A DNA stretch of 64,000 nt from an uncultured bacterium (GTDB lineage: Bacteria; Chloroflexota; UBA5177; JANWHV01), in contig CAVSOU010000008.1 of the NCBI GenBank assembly GCA_963729625.1, forward strand, positions 704,001 through 768,000, in the 5' to 3' direction. Under the pieces are notes generated by a model. The model worked only from the letters and a program-made list of their open reading frames with translations, was not told the DNA's origin and did no database searches. Positions 10,184 to 19,953 of this stretch are shown in pieces. Both the position numbers and the translations under genes were made by a program. Within the stretch, counting starts at the first letter, position 1; every line of letters begins with the position of its first letter.

Positions 10184-10653
10184 GAGGAATAGGCCTGCTT
10201 GCCGAGCTGCTCGGCCACGAATCGAATCACAGCAGCCCCGTCGAGCACAGCCACCGAACGCTCGTCCAGCGTCGCCTCCCTGATAGCAAAGGGGGTGCTC
10301 TCATCGGCCGAAACCGCGCCACCCGGTCGCAGATAGCGAACCCCGATCTCCGTATCCACCAGCAATCCGAGCTGAATAGGCCCGTGCTCGAGAAAGATCA
10401 GCCGGCTGTCGGAACCTGGCGTTGACGGGCCAAAACCGAGTATCTGGCCGAGATCGACAGCCATCTGTACTGTGCCACGGACATTCAACAGCCCAAGCGA
10501 CCATGGCGGCAGACCGGGAATTGAGCTGGCGCCGGCGAACCGCTGCAGCCAGGGAAGCAACGTGGCAGCACCGCCCTGCTCGAATGCGAAGAGTCGCGTG
10601 CGGATCGAGAAGACGACGGCCGGGACGGTCTGTTCGGCAACTTTGTTGGTCAT
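10180..10653 (-). CDS. cheW: CheW adaptor protein
   Basis: IPGLPPWSLGLLNVRG...VDL and GLLVD motifs. Likely ATG at 10653 with GGAG upstream; stop overlaps the MCP start. Confidence 0.9.
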   Translation of the reverse strand: MTNKVAEQTVPAVVFSIRTRLFAFEQGGAATLLPWLQRFAGASSIPGLPPWSLGLLNVRGTVQMAVDLGQILGFGPSTPGSDSRLIFLEHGPIQLGLLVDTEIGVRYLRPGGAVSADESTPFAIREATLDERSVAVLDGAAVIRFVAEQLGKQAYSS

Positions 10654-10965
10654 CGGCAGTATTCTCCGAAACAGGGCGGCAGCTGGATCATCATACGCCC
10701 AACGCGCCACATCACCGGTTTGGGTGGATGACCAACCCACAAGTTTGCCTCAGCCCTTCCATGGCCACCGCGAGCCCGGGCAGAATGGTATGCAATATGC
10801 CGTCAAGGCAACGCGATAGGCGATTGCGACGTGCGGACAACCCTGATTGTAGGATGCGGTACTGGCCAGAGATATGGGCCATTTGGGCTAGTTCCCGCCC
10901 GTTGAGCCCGACCCTGTAGGTCCTGCATCGTGCTGCTATTGACATAGCGTATCCGGAGCAATACC

Positions 10966-13068
10966 GTGTCTACAGTCGAGTCACATCACGTGGAGCGGCC
11001 ACGAGTCATGATGCGGCGGGAGGGAATCGTCATGGTGGATGCAGCTCGGATCGGCGGATCGGTCCCAAGTTATCAGCACAGTCTCCCGCTGCTTGGCCAG
11101 TTTCTCAATCAGCAGCAGGGTTCACGCGCGGTGATAGCCGAGGTGGACACAGGGTTCCTGATCATCTATTTCAAAGGCAATCGCTGGACGAATCCGATGA
11201 CCCTGACGGTCCATCATTGCGACCTGCTGGATCTGCATGGCGCGTTCGAGGGTAGCACTGCCGGTAGGCCGGGCGTGTTGCTGCGGGGTGGGGACAAACG
11301 GAACAGGAAGCACGCAGCCTGTCCCATGGGGTACGACGTGTTCTTCCGTGCCGTGGGCGACCGCCTGCAACGCCGCCGTGCCGCCGGCCTTACGATTTGC
11401 GATACAGGGCAGGTTCTATATGTCAGCTACTGGATAGATAAGGCAACGTTTGTCGTTCGTGAAGGACGCAGACGGGCGGTCTCGTCTCTTCAGCTCGAGA
11501 CGTACGATGCCGAGGCGGTGAAGCAACTGCTGAAATCGACGGCGGAAGTGCAAGCTCGCGAGATGACGCGCTACGAGCTGGGCCTCAAGCTTAACCCAAA
11601 TGACCACATCACCATGCTCGAAGCGGCCACGCTCTTGGAGGCTGACGGCAACTACCGGGAGGCCGAAGCGCTGCTGGCACGGATTGTGGCGGCGGTCCCA
11701 AGGCATCCAGAGGCCTACTATCACATTGCCAGGCTGGCCCTCGTGCGCGGAGACAGACGGGCCGCGCTTTCGGCAGCGAAGAAGAGTGTTGCGTTGCGGC
11801 CCGACGACCCGGCAGTAGCCGATCTTTACGGTCGCGTGCTCCATCAATCGAACAAGAACAAGGAAGCGGTTGCAGCTCTTCAGCGGGCGCTTGAGCTGGA
11901 TCCCGAGAACGGGCTCTATCACTATCACTTGGCCGGGGTGTATGAGACACTTGGTCGGCCTGAAGACGCGGAAGCGGAAATGACATTGAGTGCTGTCCAA
12001 CTTGCCGCTCCGTCCTGGGACATGGTGCAGGAAGATATCGAAGAGATCGAGATTCGGCCGCAGGTTCCGGCGCTTCAAATGGAAAGGCTGCCGGCTGAGT
12101 CTGCCTTGTTGCCGCCAGCTCCCGACGGGGTGGTGTTGCCCGAGCCCATGACAGTGCCGACGATGACGACAACATTCGAGCCTGCATTGAGCGCCTGGCC
12201 TTCCAGTACCGCCGCTCATGATCATCCGGCCGAGGCGATCGCTGGACATGGACAGCCAACCGAGGCGATCGCTGGACAGCCGGCCGCGCCGAAGCTGACG
12301 CCCTTTCCGGAAGCTGCCGCGCCGCCGTTGGCTGCCTCGGCCCAGGAAGACGCCCTGCCACTCACTCTGGAGCAGCGTCTCAGGCTCGCAAGGGAGGCGC
12401 CGTTTCAATCTACAAGCAGAGTTTCGCGACCTGCTTCTCAGCCCTTACTCCGCCGCCCAACCACACAGTCTCTCAACACGCCGCCCGTGGAAGTCTCGTT
12501 GGGGGACGTGCCTCCCATGGAAGAAGCCGTTCCGCCGGCACCGAGCCTGCAGCGACCGGGACCCATGGCGCCGCAGGCGCGGCACCTGGCATCGACGGCG
12601 CCCCTGACGCCGGATCGGAGCCCGTCATCCGTGCCGCCTGCCAGCGTCGCGCCCTCGCCGCCGGCAATGCCGAGCGGGCAGCCGGCCCCGTCTCCGGCGG
12701 GCCTGCCACCGGGCGAAGATGCGGCTACCGCGACAGCGCGCGAAGACATCGCGGGAGCGATCTCCGGATCACAGGCGCCGTCGACGGCCTCGGCGCCCGT
12801 CGGAGAGATTGCCGAGCCTGCTCGGATGGCGGTTATCGACGCGAGACCCCGCTCAGCTCCGGCACAGCCGCGTCGCCCTGACGAGCTCGACGCGAGCGCC
12901 GTCGAGCTCGCGGCTGACATCCTCGCCGCGCAGCGCGCGGTAGCAGCTGATCCCAACCGGGCCGACCTGCATCGGAAGCTCGGATTCCTGCTTGCACGCC
13001 AGGGAAAGACGAGCGAGGCGGCAGAGGAATTTCGAAAAGCGCTGCAGGTGAGCCGCACGACGTTGTGA
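10966..13068 (+). CDS. TPR-repeat protein with an unknown N-terminal domain, Pro/Ala-rich linker and C-terminal TPR
   Basis: TPR patterns (AYYHIARL...ALRPDD; ALQRALELDPEN; ADLHRKLGFLLARQGK) and a long PA-rich segment. Divergent from cheW. Confidence 0.85.
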   Translation: MSTVESHHVERPRVMMRREGIVMVDAARIGGSVPSYQHSLPLLGQFLNQQQGSRAVIAEVDTGFLIIYFKGNRWTNPMTLTVHHCDLLDLHGAFEGSTAGRPGVLLRGGDKRNRKHAACPMGYDVFFRAVGDRLQRRRAAGLTICDTGQVLYVSYWIDKATFVVREGRRRAVSSLQLETYDAEAVKQLLKSTAEVQAREMTRYELGLKLNPNDHITMLEAATLLEADGNYREAEALLARIVAAVPRHPEAYYHIARLALVRGDRRAALSAAKKSVALRPDDPAVADLYGRVLHQSNKNKEAVAALQRALELDPENGLYHYHLAGVYETLGRPEDAEAEMTLSAVQLAAPSWDMVQEDIEEIEIRPQVPALQMERLPAESALLPPAPDGVVLPEPMTVPTMTTTFEPALSAWPSSTAAHDHPAEAIAGHGQPTEAIAGQPAAPKLTPFPEAAAPPLAASAQEDALPLTLEQRLRLAREAPFQSTSRVSRPASQPLLRRPTTQSLNTPPVEVSLGDVPPMEEAVPPAPSLQRPGPMAPQARHLASTAPLTPDRSPSSVPPASVAPSPPAMPSGQPAPSPAGLPPGEDAATATAREDIAGAISGSQAPSTASAPVGEIAEPARMAVIDARPRSAPAQPRRPDELDASAVELAADILAAQRAVAADPNRADLHRKLGFLLARQGKTSEAAEEFRKALQVSRTTL
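12230..12278 (+). repeat. 19-bp direct repeat with 30-bp period inside the TPR gene linker
   Basis: CCGAGGCGATCGCTGGACA at 12230 and 12260, encoding EAIAG twice. Confidence 0.85.
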
Positions 13069-13249
13069 CCTGACAGGCAACAGACACCGGAACGGCCTGA
13101 GTAAGGTCTCGCCAGCCGTGGCCGGGTACGCGGGAGAGTGGGTAATCGGTCACGGCAGGCTCACGGTCCCTGAAGGGGTAGACGACTGTGTGCGGACCCT
13201 GGATACCGGCAACATGTCACACGCCGTCGGCCACCGCTAGCCTCGGCAG

Positions 13250-13933
13250 CTAGCGACGCCGCTGCTCGAAGACCGGCGATTCAGGAGCGACAGATTCTCC
13301 ACCGTGCGACTCCGACTTCTTCAGCGTGCCCTTATCAAGAACAGGCTTTGCGCTGTTCTGGGTCGCCTGCTTGAGTGCTCCCGCCGGCCCAACGTGGACA
13401 TTTGGACGGGTCTCATCCAGGAAGACGCACTCGTCGACATGTCGAGACACGCAAATGTCGTTCACGTAGCCGATGTCCAGGTGCACGCCACGCAGCCGAC
13501 AGCGAAGATCGGCGTTTCGTATTTGCAGGGCGCGGGCGATTGACGACGTCCGGTGGTCGCTAGTGACTTCCTCCGCGCCCTGGTAGAGCTGGAGGTAACT
13601 ACAGATGCGCTTGGACGACGAAGGAGCGGGCCTGAAGGGGCGGGAGGGCTCGATCTGAATGAGCTCGGTTTCGGTGGGCCGGAGGCGCTCGTTGAGCACG
13701 ACGCACTCCGCGCAGTCGCCCTTCTTTTGGCAGCAGGGCTTGAAGCCGGGACGTCGCAAGGCCCAGAGCGTCCAGCAGTCCTGCTGCACGAAGTAGGCGT
13801 AGCACTCCTCGCAGTTGAACTGAATATCTGGAATTGTGCGAACGATCTCCCAACAGTGCCGGGAGCGATTCACGGCACGGTCACGGGGCGGAGGGGCAGA
13901 GGCTTCTCCCCGAATCGCTCTGTCCTCGTGCAT
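13250..13933 (-). CDS. Cys-rich putative metal-binding protein with a two-CW-like domain and a second Cys cluster
   Basis: CWE...CEECYAY...DCW...CCQKKGDCAEC, followed by CSYL...RCRL...IC...EC. Confidence 0.7.
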   Translation of the reverse strand: MHEDRAIRGEASAPPPRDRAVNRSRHCWEIVRTIPDIQFNCEECYAYFVQQDCWTLWALRRPGFKPCCQKKGDCAECVVLNERLRPTETELIQIEPSRPFRPAPSSSKRICSYLQLYQGAEEVTSDHRTSSIARALQIRNADLRCRLRGVHLDIGYVNDICVSRHVDECVFLDETRPNVHVGPAGALKQATQNSAKPVLDKGTLKKSESHGGESVAPESPVFEQRRR

Positions 13934-13951
13934 ATGTATAGAACCCTCGGA

Positions 13952-13978
13952 ATATCGAATGGTCTTGTGAGGCCATTA
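13952..13978 (-). promoter_or_regulatory. Possible sigma28-type promoter for the Cys-rich gene; overlaps a TATAAT hexamer
   Basis: Minus strand reads TAAT-N15-TTCGATAT (consensus TAAA-N15-GCCGATAA/T), ending 18 nt before the ATG. Confidence 0.4.
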
Positions 13979-14133
13979 TACGTGATTCGGTCAGGGTGGA
14001 AGATCCAGTTTGCGGACACCGTGCGAGAAGCGTCGCGTGCTTGCGGCCCGGTCGTCAGCGGCTCTATCCAATGACGGAGCGCAATCGGGAGAAGAGTTGC
14101 CGTGATAGCCTCGCATCGCGGATCCTAGAGTCC

Positions 14134-15591
14134 ATGAGTAGCCAGATAGACAATTCTCCGCAGCCCTTGAGCCAGCAGACGCTGGCTGCGTTATCGCACG
14201 AATTTGCTCGATACGAGAAGCACATCTATCTTGTCGGCGGCATCGTGCGCGATCGATTGCTTGGCCGGCCTTCAGCGGACTACGACTTCACCACGGATGC
14301 GGAGCCCGCGGAAACAAAGCGTATCCTGCGCGAGCTCAGCCAGAACGTGTTCCAACCCGGCGAGAAGTACGGCACGGTCTGCGCCGTGCTGGATGGACAT
14401 GAGCTGCAGATCACAACCTTTCGCGGCGATCGATACGCGGCGGGCTCGCGCAAGCCCGATGTGTGGTTTGGAGTATCGCTCGAAGAAGACCTGGCCAGGC
14501 GCGATTTTACCATCAATGCCATGGCTCTGCATATTGGCGCGCGTGGGGATGTCCTGTTGCGCGAGGCAGGGGATGCCCCGACGCGCACGGAGGTCGTCGA
14601 CCCTTTTCACGGGCAGGAAGATCTGGATCAGCGCCTGATCCGCGCCGTCGGCGATCCGTCTGAACGATTCGCGGAGGATCCGCTTCGTCTGCTGCGCGCC
14701 GTACGCCAGGCGACACAGTTTGGCTTCACGATTGAGCCGCGTACGGCAACCGCAATTCTTGAGGCAGCGCGGAGCCTAGAGACCATCAGCCGCGAGCGTA
14801 TCGGTCAGGAGATGGACAAACTGTTGTTGGCAAACGGCCCATCGAACGGCATCCGCCTCCTGGGCGAACTCGGCTTGCTGCCCTATACGATTCCCGAGCT
14901 GCTGCCGATGGTGGGAATGCAGCAGCAGCCTGGTCGCAGGCACAAAGACATCTTCGGGCACGTCATGCAAGTGCTGGATAAGACACCGGCAACGCGCGAG
15001 CTGCGCTGGGCAGGACTGCTGCACGACATCGCCAAGCCGGAGACCATGCGGGTCATCGACGGTGAGGTCCATTTCTTTGGCCACGAGGTGATAGGAGCAC
15101 GCGTAGCGGAAAAGGTGCTGACGCGCCTCAAGTTTGACCACGTGCTGGTCGAGGCAGTCACAGCGCTCGTGTTGCAGCACATGCGCATCAACACCTACAG
15201 TGACTGGAGCGACGGTGCGGTGCGCCGCTTCATGCGAGACGCCGGCCCGTACCTCGATAACCTGTTCGCCCTGTCACGAGCAGATATCACCAGCCATCGG
15301 CACGAACGAGTGCGCACGGTTCTCAAGGCTGTAGATAGCCTGGAGGTACGCTGTCGCGAGCTCGAGGCGCAGGCAGAGATCGCCAAGATGCATTCCCCGC
15401 TCGACGGCACCGCGCTGATGGCGCTTACCGGCGGACCGCCTGGACGCTGGATCGCGCGCGTCAAGGACTTCCTGCTGGACCTTGTCCTTGACGGGGATCT
15501 GGAAATGGACGACGCCGAGACTGGAGAGGCCCTGGCTCGTGCTTTCCTGGCCGTGCGCTACGGATGGCCGTCCGGAGACGGGCGCACATGA
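14134..15591 (+). CDS. cca: Class II CCA tRNA nucleotidyltransferase with HD domain
   Basis: VGGIVRD, DYDF, EDLARRDFTINAMA, EDPLRLLR, LLHDIAKP. Start codon uncertain. Confidence 0.9.
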   Translation: MSSQIDNSPQPLSQQTLAALSHEFARYEKHIYLVGGIVRDRLLGRPSADYDFTTDAEPAETKRILRELSQNVFQPGEKYGTVCAVLDGHELQITTFRGDRYAAGSRKPDVWFGVSLEEDLARRDFTINAMALHIGARGDVLLREAGDAPTRTEVVDPFHGQEDLDQRLIRAVGDPSERFAEDPLRLLRAVRQATQFGFTIEPRTATAILEAARSLETISRERIGQEMDKLLLANGPSNGIRLLGELGLLPYTIPELLPMVGMQQQPGRRHKDIFGHVMQVLDKTPATRELRWAGLLHDIAKPETMRVIDGEVHFFGHEVIGARVAEKVLTRLKFDHVLVEAVTALVLQHMRINTYSDWSDGAVRRFMRDAGPYLDNLFALSRADITSHRHERVRTVLKAVDSLEVRCRELEAQAEIAKMHSPLDGTALMALTGGPPGRWIARVKDFLLDLVLDGDLEMDDAETGEALARAFLAVRYGWPSGDGRT

Positions 15592-18236
15592 GCCTGGCTA
15601 CTCTGTTTCCAACCTTCGATTTGCTGCGCAAAGTGTTGAGCCTCGAAATCAAGCAGGGGTATCGGAATCGCTCCACCAGTGGTATCGGAATCCAGGCATT
15701 CTTCCGTCTGCAGTTCGAGAAGTATGAATGCGATGACGAAATGTGGTCGACTGTCGAAAGCATACTCTCGTACCTGCGCCGCTATGACCACGCAGCGACT
15801 GTCGAGGAGCGCGAGCGCTTGGTCCAGATCATGCTCAAGAGGCTCGGCGCAACGCAGCGACAACAGGGGGAAAGGCCGTCGTCGTCGAGCGATTCGCTAC
15901 CCGAGGCGACGGCTGCGCGGGGAGCCTCCGGCGAGCGCGCTTCGTCGCCGAACGCGCTGAGGCAGGAAAGCGACGCGGACCCTGTACCGGCGGACGCGGC
16001 GCCCATCGTTACCTGGCCGGGTGCATCAGGCGAGCGCACGACCGTCGCTGAATCCGCGACGCTCGCGGCCACCAGCAACGCGATGGCGACCGCGCTGAAG
16101 GGCACCGCGACGCCTTCGACCAAGCAGGAGCCCCGTCGCTCCAAGCGCGCGGCGGGTTCGGCGGCACTGGTGGCGGCGACATCACTGGACGTGCCGGCAG
16201 CGGCGGTGCTGCACGTGCGCGTACAGGAGCAGCCGCGTCTCGAGCAGCTCGGTATTTCCGACTTGAGGTCGGCAATCGAGTACTGGCCGCGCGATCACTA
16301 CGACTACAGTGCCCCCGTGCGCATCAACCAAATGCGTCCGGACATGCAGGTGACGCTCGTCGGCACGTTGCGTTCGGTCGACACTCGCCGGACGCCGAAT
16401 CGCGGCGTACAGGTGGTGGAGGCGAAAGTTGCCGATCTGACAGGGATGATGACGGTCACGTGGTTCAATCAGGGATTCATGCTCAAGCAGCTCAAGCAAC
16501 ACGTCGGCGAGGTCGTGGCGATCAGCGGCAAAGTGGAAATGTATGGCGGCCGCCTGCAACTGGCGCCTCGCGACGTGGAGTTTCCGGCCGACGACGAAGA
16601 CGGCACGAATACACGCCGCATCGTGCCGGTCTATCCGTCCAGCGAGGGAATCGCACAGCGGTGGATCCGCGGCCTGGTGCGCAAGGCGCTCACGGTTGGC
16701 GGCGAACTGGTAGTGGATCCGCTGCCCGAGCCGATCAGGCGGCGCTTTGGCCTGGTTGACCGGCGTGCCGCCGTCCGGCAGTTTCACTTTCCCGACAGCA
16801 TGGAGAGCAGGGACATCGCCCGCAACCGCCTGGCCCTGGACGAGCTGCTGCTCATCCAGCTTGGCATGCTGCAGAAGAAGCGCCACTGGCAAGGCGACGA
16901 AGCTGGAATCAGCATTCCGATCGACGAAGCCGTGGCCGCACAGTTCAAAGCCGGCTTGCCCTTCACGCTGACGGGCGCGCAGGAGCGGTCGCTGGAGGAA
17001 ATCCTCTCCGACATGGCTCGTCCGGTGCCGATGAGCCGCCTGCTGCAGGGTGACGTAGGGTCCGGCAAGACCGTCGTGGCCGCCGCTGCGCTGCTTGCCT
17101 GCGCCCGCGCCGGCTACCAGGGCGCGATCATGGCTCCTACGGAGATACTGGTTGAACAGCATGCTCGGACGCTCTCCGGCTTGCTCGAGCCGTTTGGCGT
17201 GAAAGTGGCCATGCTTACCGGGAGTATTGCCAAGTCACAGCGGGCCCGCATTTACCTCGAGGCTCTGCAGGGCGGCATCCAGGTGCTGGTTGGAACGCAC
17301 GCGCTGATCCAGGAGGATTTCAGGTTTGGCAAGCTGGGTCTGGCCATCGTCGACGAGCAGCACCGGTTCGGAGTCGTGCAGCGAGCCGTGCTCAAAGGGA
17401 AGGGGTATAACCCGCACTTGCTGGTGATGACGGCAACTCCAATTCCGCGTACGCTCACACTCACTCTCTTCGGCGATCTCGACGTCTCGGTCATCGACGA
17501 GCGGCCGCCGCACAGGCAGCCCGTGGAAACGAGGTGGACACCCGTCGAGCAGCAGGCCTATACCGTGGTGCGAGAGCAGGTACAGCTGGGCCGGCAGGCG
17601 TACATCATTTGCCCGCTGGTCGAGGAGTCCGAAAACCTGGAAGCCAAAGCGGCCGTCGCTGAAGGCAAGCGGCTGCAGGCCAAGGTGTTTGCCGACATGC
17701 ACCTGGAGGTACTGCACGGCAAGATGAAGGCGCAGGACAAAGACGCCGTATTGACCCGTTTCCGCGATGGCGAGATCGACGTGCTCGTGGCAACCTCGGT
17801 GGTGGAAGTTGGCATCGACGTGCCGAACGCGACCGTGATGGTTGTGCAGGACGCGCAGCGATTTGGCCTCGCGCAGCTGCACCAGTTTCGTGGCAGGGTG
17901 GGGCGCGGCGCCGAGAAGTCGTTCTGCGTTCTGCTTGCCGATCCGAACAGCCCGGGCGCCCGCGAGCGGCTCCAGGCGCTGACAATGACCGACGACGGCT
18001 TCAAGCTGGCGGAGGAAGACCTGCGGCTGCGCGGCCCCGGCGAGTTCTGGGGCACGCGCCAGAGCGGGCTGCCGGCGCTGCAGGTTGCTCAGGTCACCGA
18101 CATGCCGACCCTTGCACTGGCACGGCGCGTGGCCGAAACGATCCTGGAGGATGATCCGGACCTGGCAGAGCCGCGCCACGCCATCCTGGCCGCCAGCCTA
18201 AGGCGGTTCTGGGAGCAGGCGGCAGCGCCGAGCTAA
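15588..18236 (+). CDS. recG: ATP-dependent DNA helicase RecG
   Basis: LLQGDVGSGKT, DEQHRFG, MTATPIPRT, QLHQFRGRVGRG, DLRLRGPGE; ATGA overlap with cca. Confidence 0.97.
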   Translation: MSLATLFPTFDLLRKVLSLEIKQGYRNRSTSGIGIQAFFRLQFEKYECDDEMWSTVESILSYLRRYDHAATVEERERLVQIMLKRLGATQRQQGERPSSSSDSLPEATAARGASGERASSPNALRQESDADPVPADAAPIVTWPGASGERTTVAESATLAATSNAMATALKGTATPSTKQEPRRSKRAAGSAALVAATSLDVPAAAVLHVRVQEQPRLEQLGISDLRSAIEYWPRDHYDYSAPVRINQMRPDMQVTLVGTLRSVDTRRTPNRGVQVVEAKVADLTGMMTVTWFNQGFMLKQLKQHVGEVVAISGKVEMYGGRLQLAPRDVEFPADDEDGTNTRRIVPVYPSSEGIAQRWIRGLVRKALTVGGELVVDPLPEPIRRRFGLVDRRAAVRQFHFPDSMESRDIARNRLALDELLLIQLGMLQKKRHWQGDEAGISIPIDEAVAAQFKAGLPFTLTGAQERSLEEILSDMARPVPMSRLLQGDVGSGKTVVAAAALLACARAGYQGAIMAPTEILVEQHARTLSGLLEPFGVKVAMLTGSIAKSQRARIYLEALQGGIQVLVGTHALIQEDFRFGKLGLAIVDEQHRFGVVQRAVLKGKGYNPHLLVMTATPIPRTLTLTLFGDLDVSVIDERPPHRQPVETRWTPVEQQAYTVVREQVQLGRQAYIICPLVEESENLEAKAAVAEGKRLQAKVFADMHLEVLHGKMKAQDKDAVLTRFRDGEIDVLVATSVVEVGIDVPNATVMVVQDAQRFGLAQLHQFRGRVGRGAEKSFCVLLADPNSPGARERLQALTMTDDGFKLAEEDLRLRGPGEFWGTRQSGLPALQVAQVTDMPTLALARRVAETILEDDPDLAEPRHAILAASLRRFWEQAAAPS

Positions 18237-18328
18237 GCCTGCGGGGGTAGCAGTGTGACTCGCGATGTGGCATGCTGACTGATACACGTTGATGCCGCTC
18301 TGCGCACAAATGGATTCGAGGCTCTTCC

Positions 18329-18544
18329 ATGTACCGGCTCGATCTCAGTGATCTCGAAGGACTGACGGACGTCTGCTTTACCTACGTAACCGATCCACAT
18401 CCATCCCGAAGCGCCTATCCGGTGATCGAGGCGCTGGAGGATATCGCACCACACGTGGTCGAGGTGCTCGAGGCCATGGTGCTGGACGGCGTCGACGAGC
18501 AGCACGAGGTCGAAGACTACTTGAACTACGTCTTCAAGCGGTAG
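18329..18544 (+). CDS. Small acidic hypothetical protein (71 aa)
   Basis: Protein-like composition, GC3-rich codons, GAGG upstream; no family recognised. Confidence 0.55.
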   Translation: MYRLDLSDLEGLTDVCFTYVTDPHPSRSAYPVIEALEDIAPHVVEVLEAMVLDGVDEQHEVEDYLNYVFKR

Positions 18545-18594
18545 GTTGATCGATCCTGACATAGCACACGTCCCGCGCTGGTGGGCACAAGCGG

Positions 18595-19017
<423 letters not shown>

Positions 19018-19076
19018 TTCACTGCTCGAGTGCAATCGTAGCCCGTCATAGCGCCACGCTATACGTGCCGCATCTA

Positions 19077-19436
19077 TCAAAACAGCGTCGGCTGCGCTTC
19101 GTCGCCGGTTTCCTCGTCTGTTCCGGGCCCTAGCCAGCGGAAACGCCGAAGGGGAATATAGCCACGCTCGTCAAAGACGACGCCTTCGGCTTCAAGGAGC
19201 ATACGCTGCTCCAGTCCTGGTGTGCTGATGCCTCCTTTGCTGTTGACGATGCGCTGCCAGGGCACGTCCTGCGCGCGCCCGGGCGCCAATGCGTTGAGGG
19301 CGTAGCCCACAGTGCGCGCGTCGCACGTGCCAAGCGCCGTGGCAATATCGCCATAGGTTGAGACCTTCCCAGCCGGAACCATCGCGACGAGCCTGTAGAT
19401 CTGGTCATAGAGGCCAGGCACTCCCAAGTCACTCAC
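19077..19436 (-). CDS. Alkyltransferase-like (ATL, MGMT family) DNA-binding protein
   Basis: [21 protein letters not shown]; PWQRIVN has Trp in place of the MGMT catalytic Cys; LLEAEGV. Confidence 0.9.
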   Translation of the reverse strand: MSDLGVPGLYDQIYRLVAMVPAGKVSTYGDIATALGTCDARTVGYALNALAPGRAQDVPWQRIVNSKGGISTPGLEQRMLLEAEGVVFDERGYIPLRRFRWLGPGTDEETGDEAQPTLF

Positions 19437-19898
19437 CGGTCTGTTCTGCTTGCACGGCGGCCACACCCTTCGCCTTCATTGAAACGAAAGACCGCACTGG
19501 TTCGACCGCCCGCCGCTGGCAAGAAGCACTCGGGCCGATGCTGGAGCGCGGCAGGACTATCAGTAGTGTACTCTGACACCCCGAACCTGGCTGGCGCGTT
19601 GCGTGGTCCCACCGCTCAGTGGTCAGTCGGGCCCAGGCCAGGTGAGGGTGCATACTCTCGACGGGGAGAGATACCCTCCTCGGGCACTCATTGCCACTCC
19701 AAGCGGTTGGTGGCACTACTGGGTTACCCGGCGTGGCGAATGGCGCCGGCAGACCTGCTGGCCTTGATCGGCGGACGGTCCCCGGGCTGCAGCGCGAAGG
19801 ACGTCGGGCAGGCGCACCGTGGTGAGGGCGCGCCCTGCGCTTCACTCCTTGATGGCCTGGCCCTGCGAATCGGTCTGCCGCGACAAACCAGGCAGAGG

Positions 19899-19934
19899 CG
19901 CAGGAGGCCTCCCAGGGCGGGCGGGCCTCCTGCG
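19899..19934 (-). terminator. GC-rich hairpin just downstream of the haloperoxidase stop
   Basis: Perfect 11-bp stem CGCAGGAGGCC / GGCCTCCTGCG; no U-tract. Confidence 0.45.
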
Positions 19935-19953
19935 GGGGCGGGGGCAAGGGGTA

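Noticed and set aside
13069-13249. ncRNA between convergent genes
   Set aside because: No recognisable RNA family motif or strong stem.
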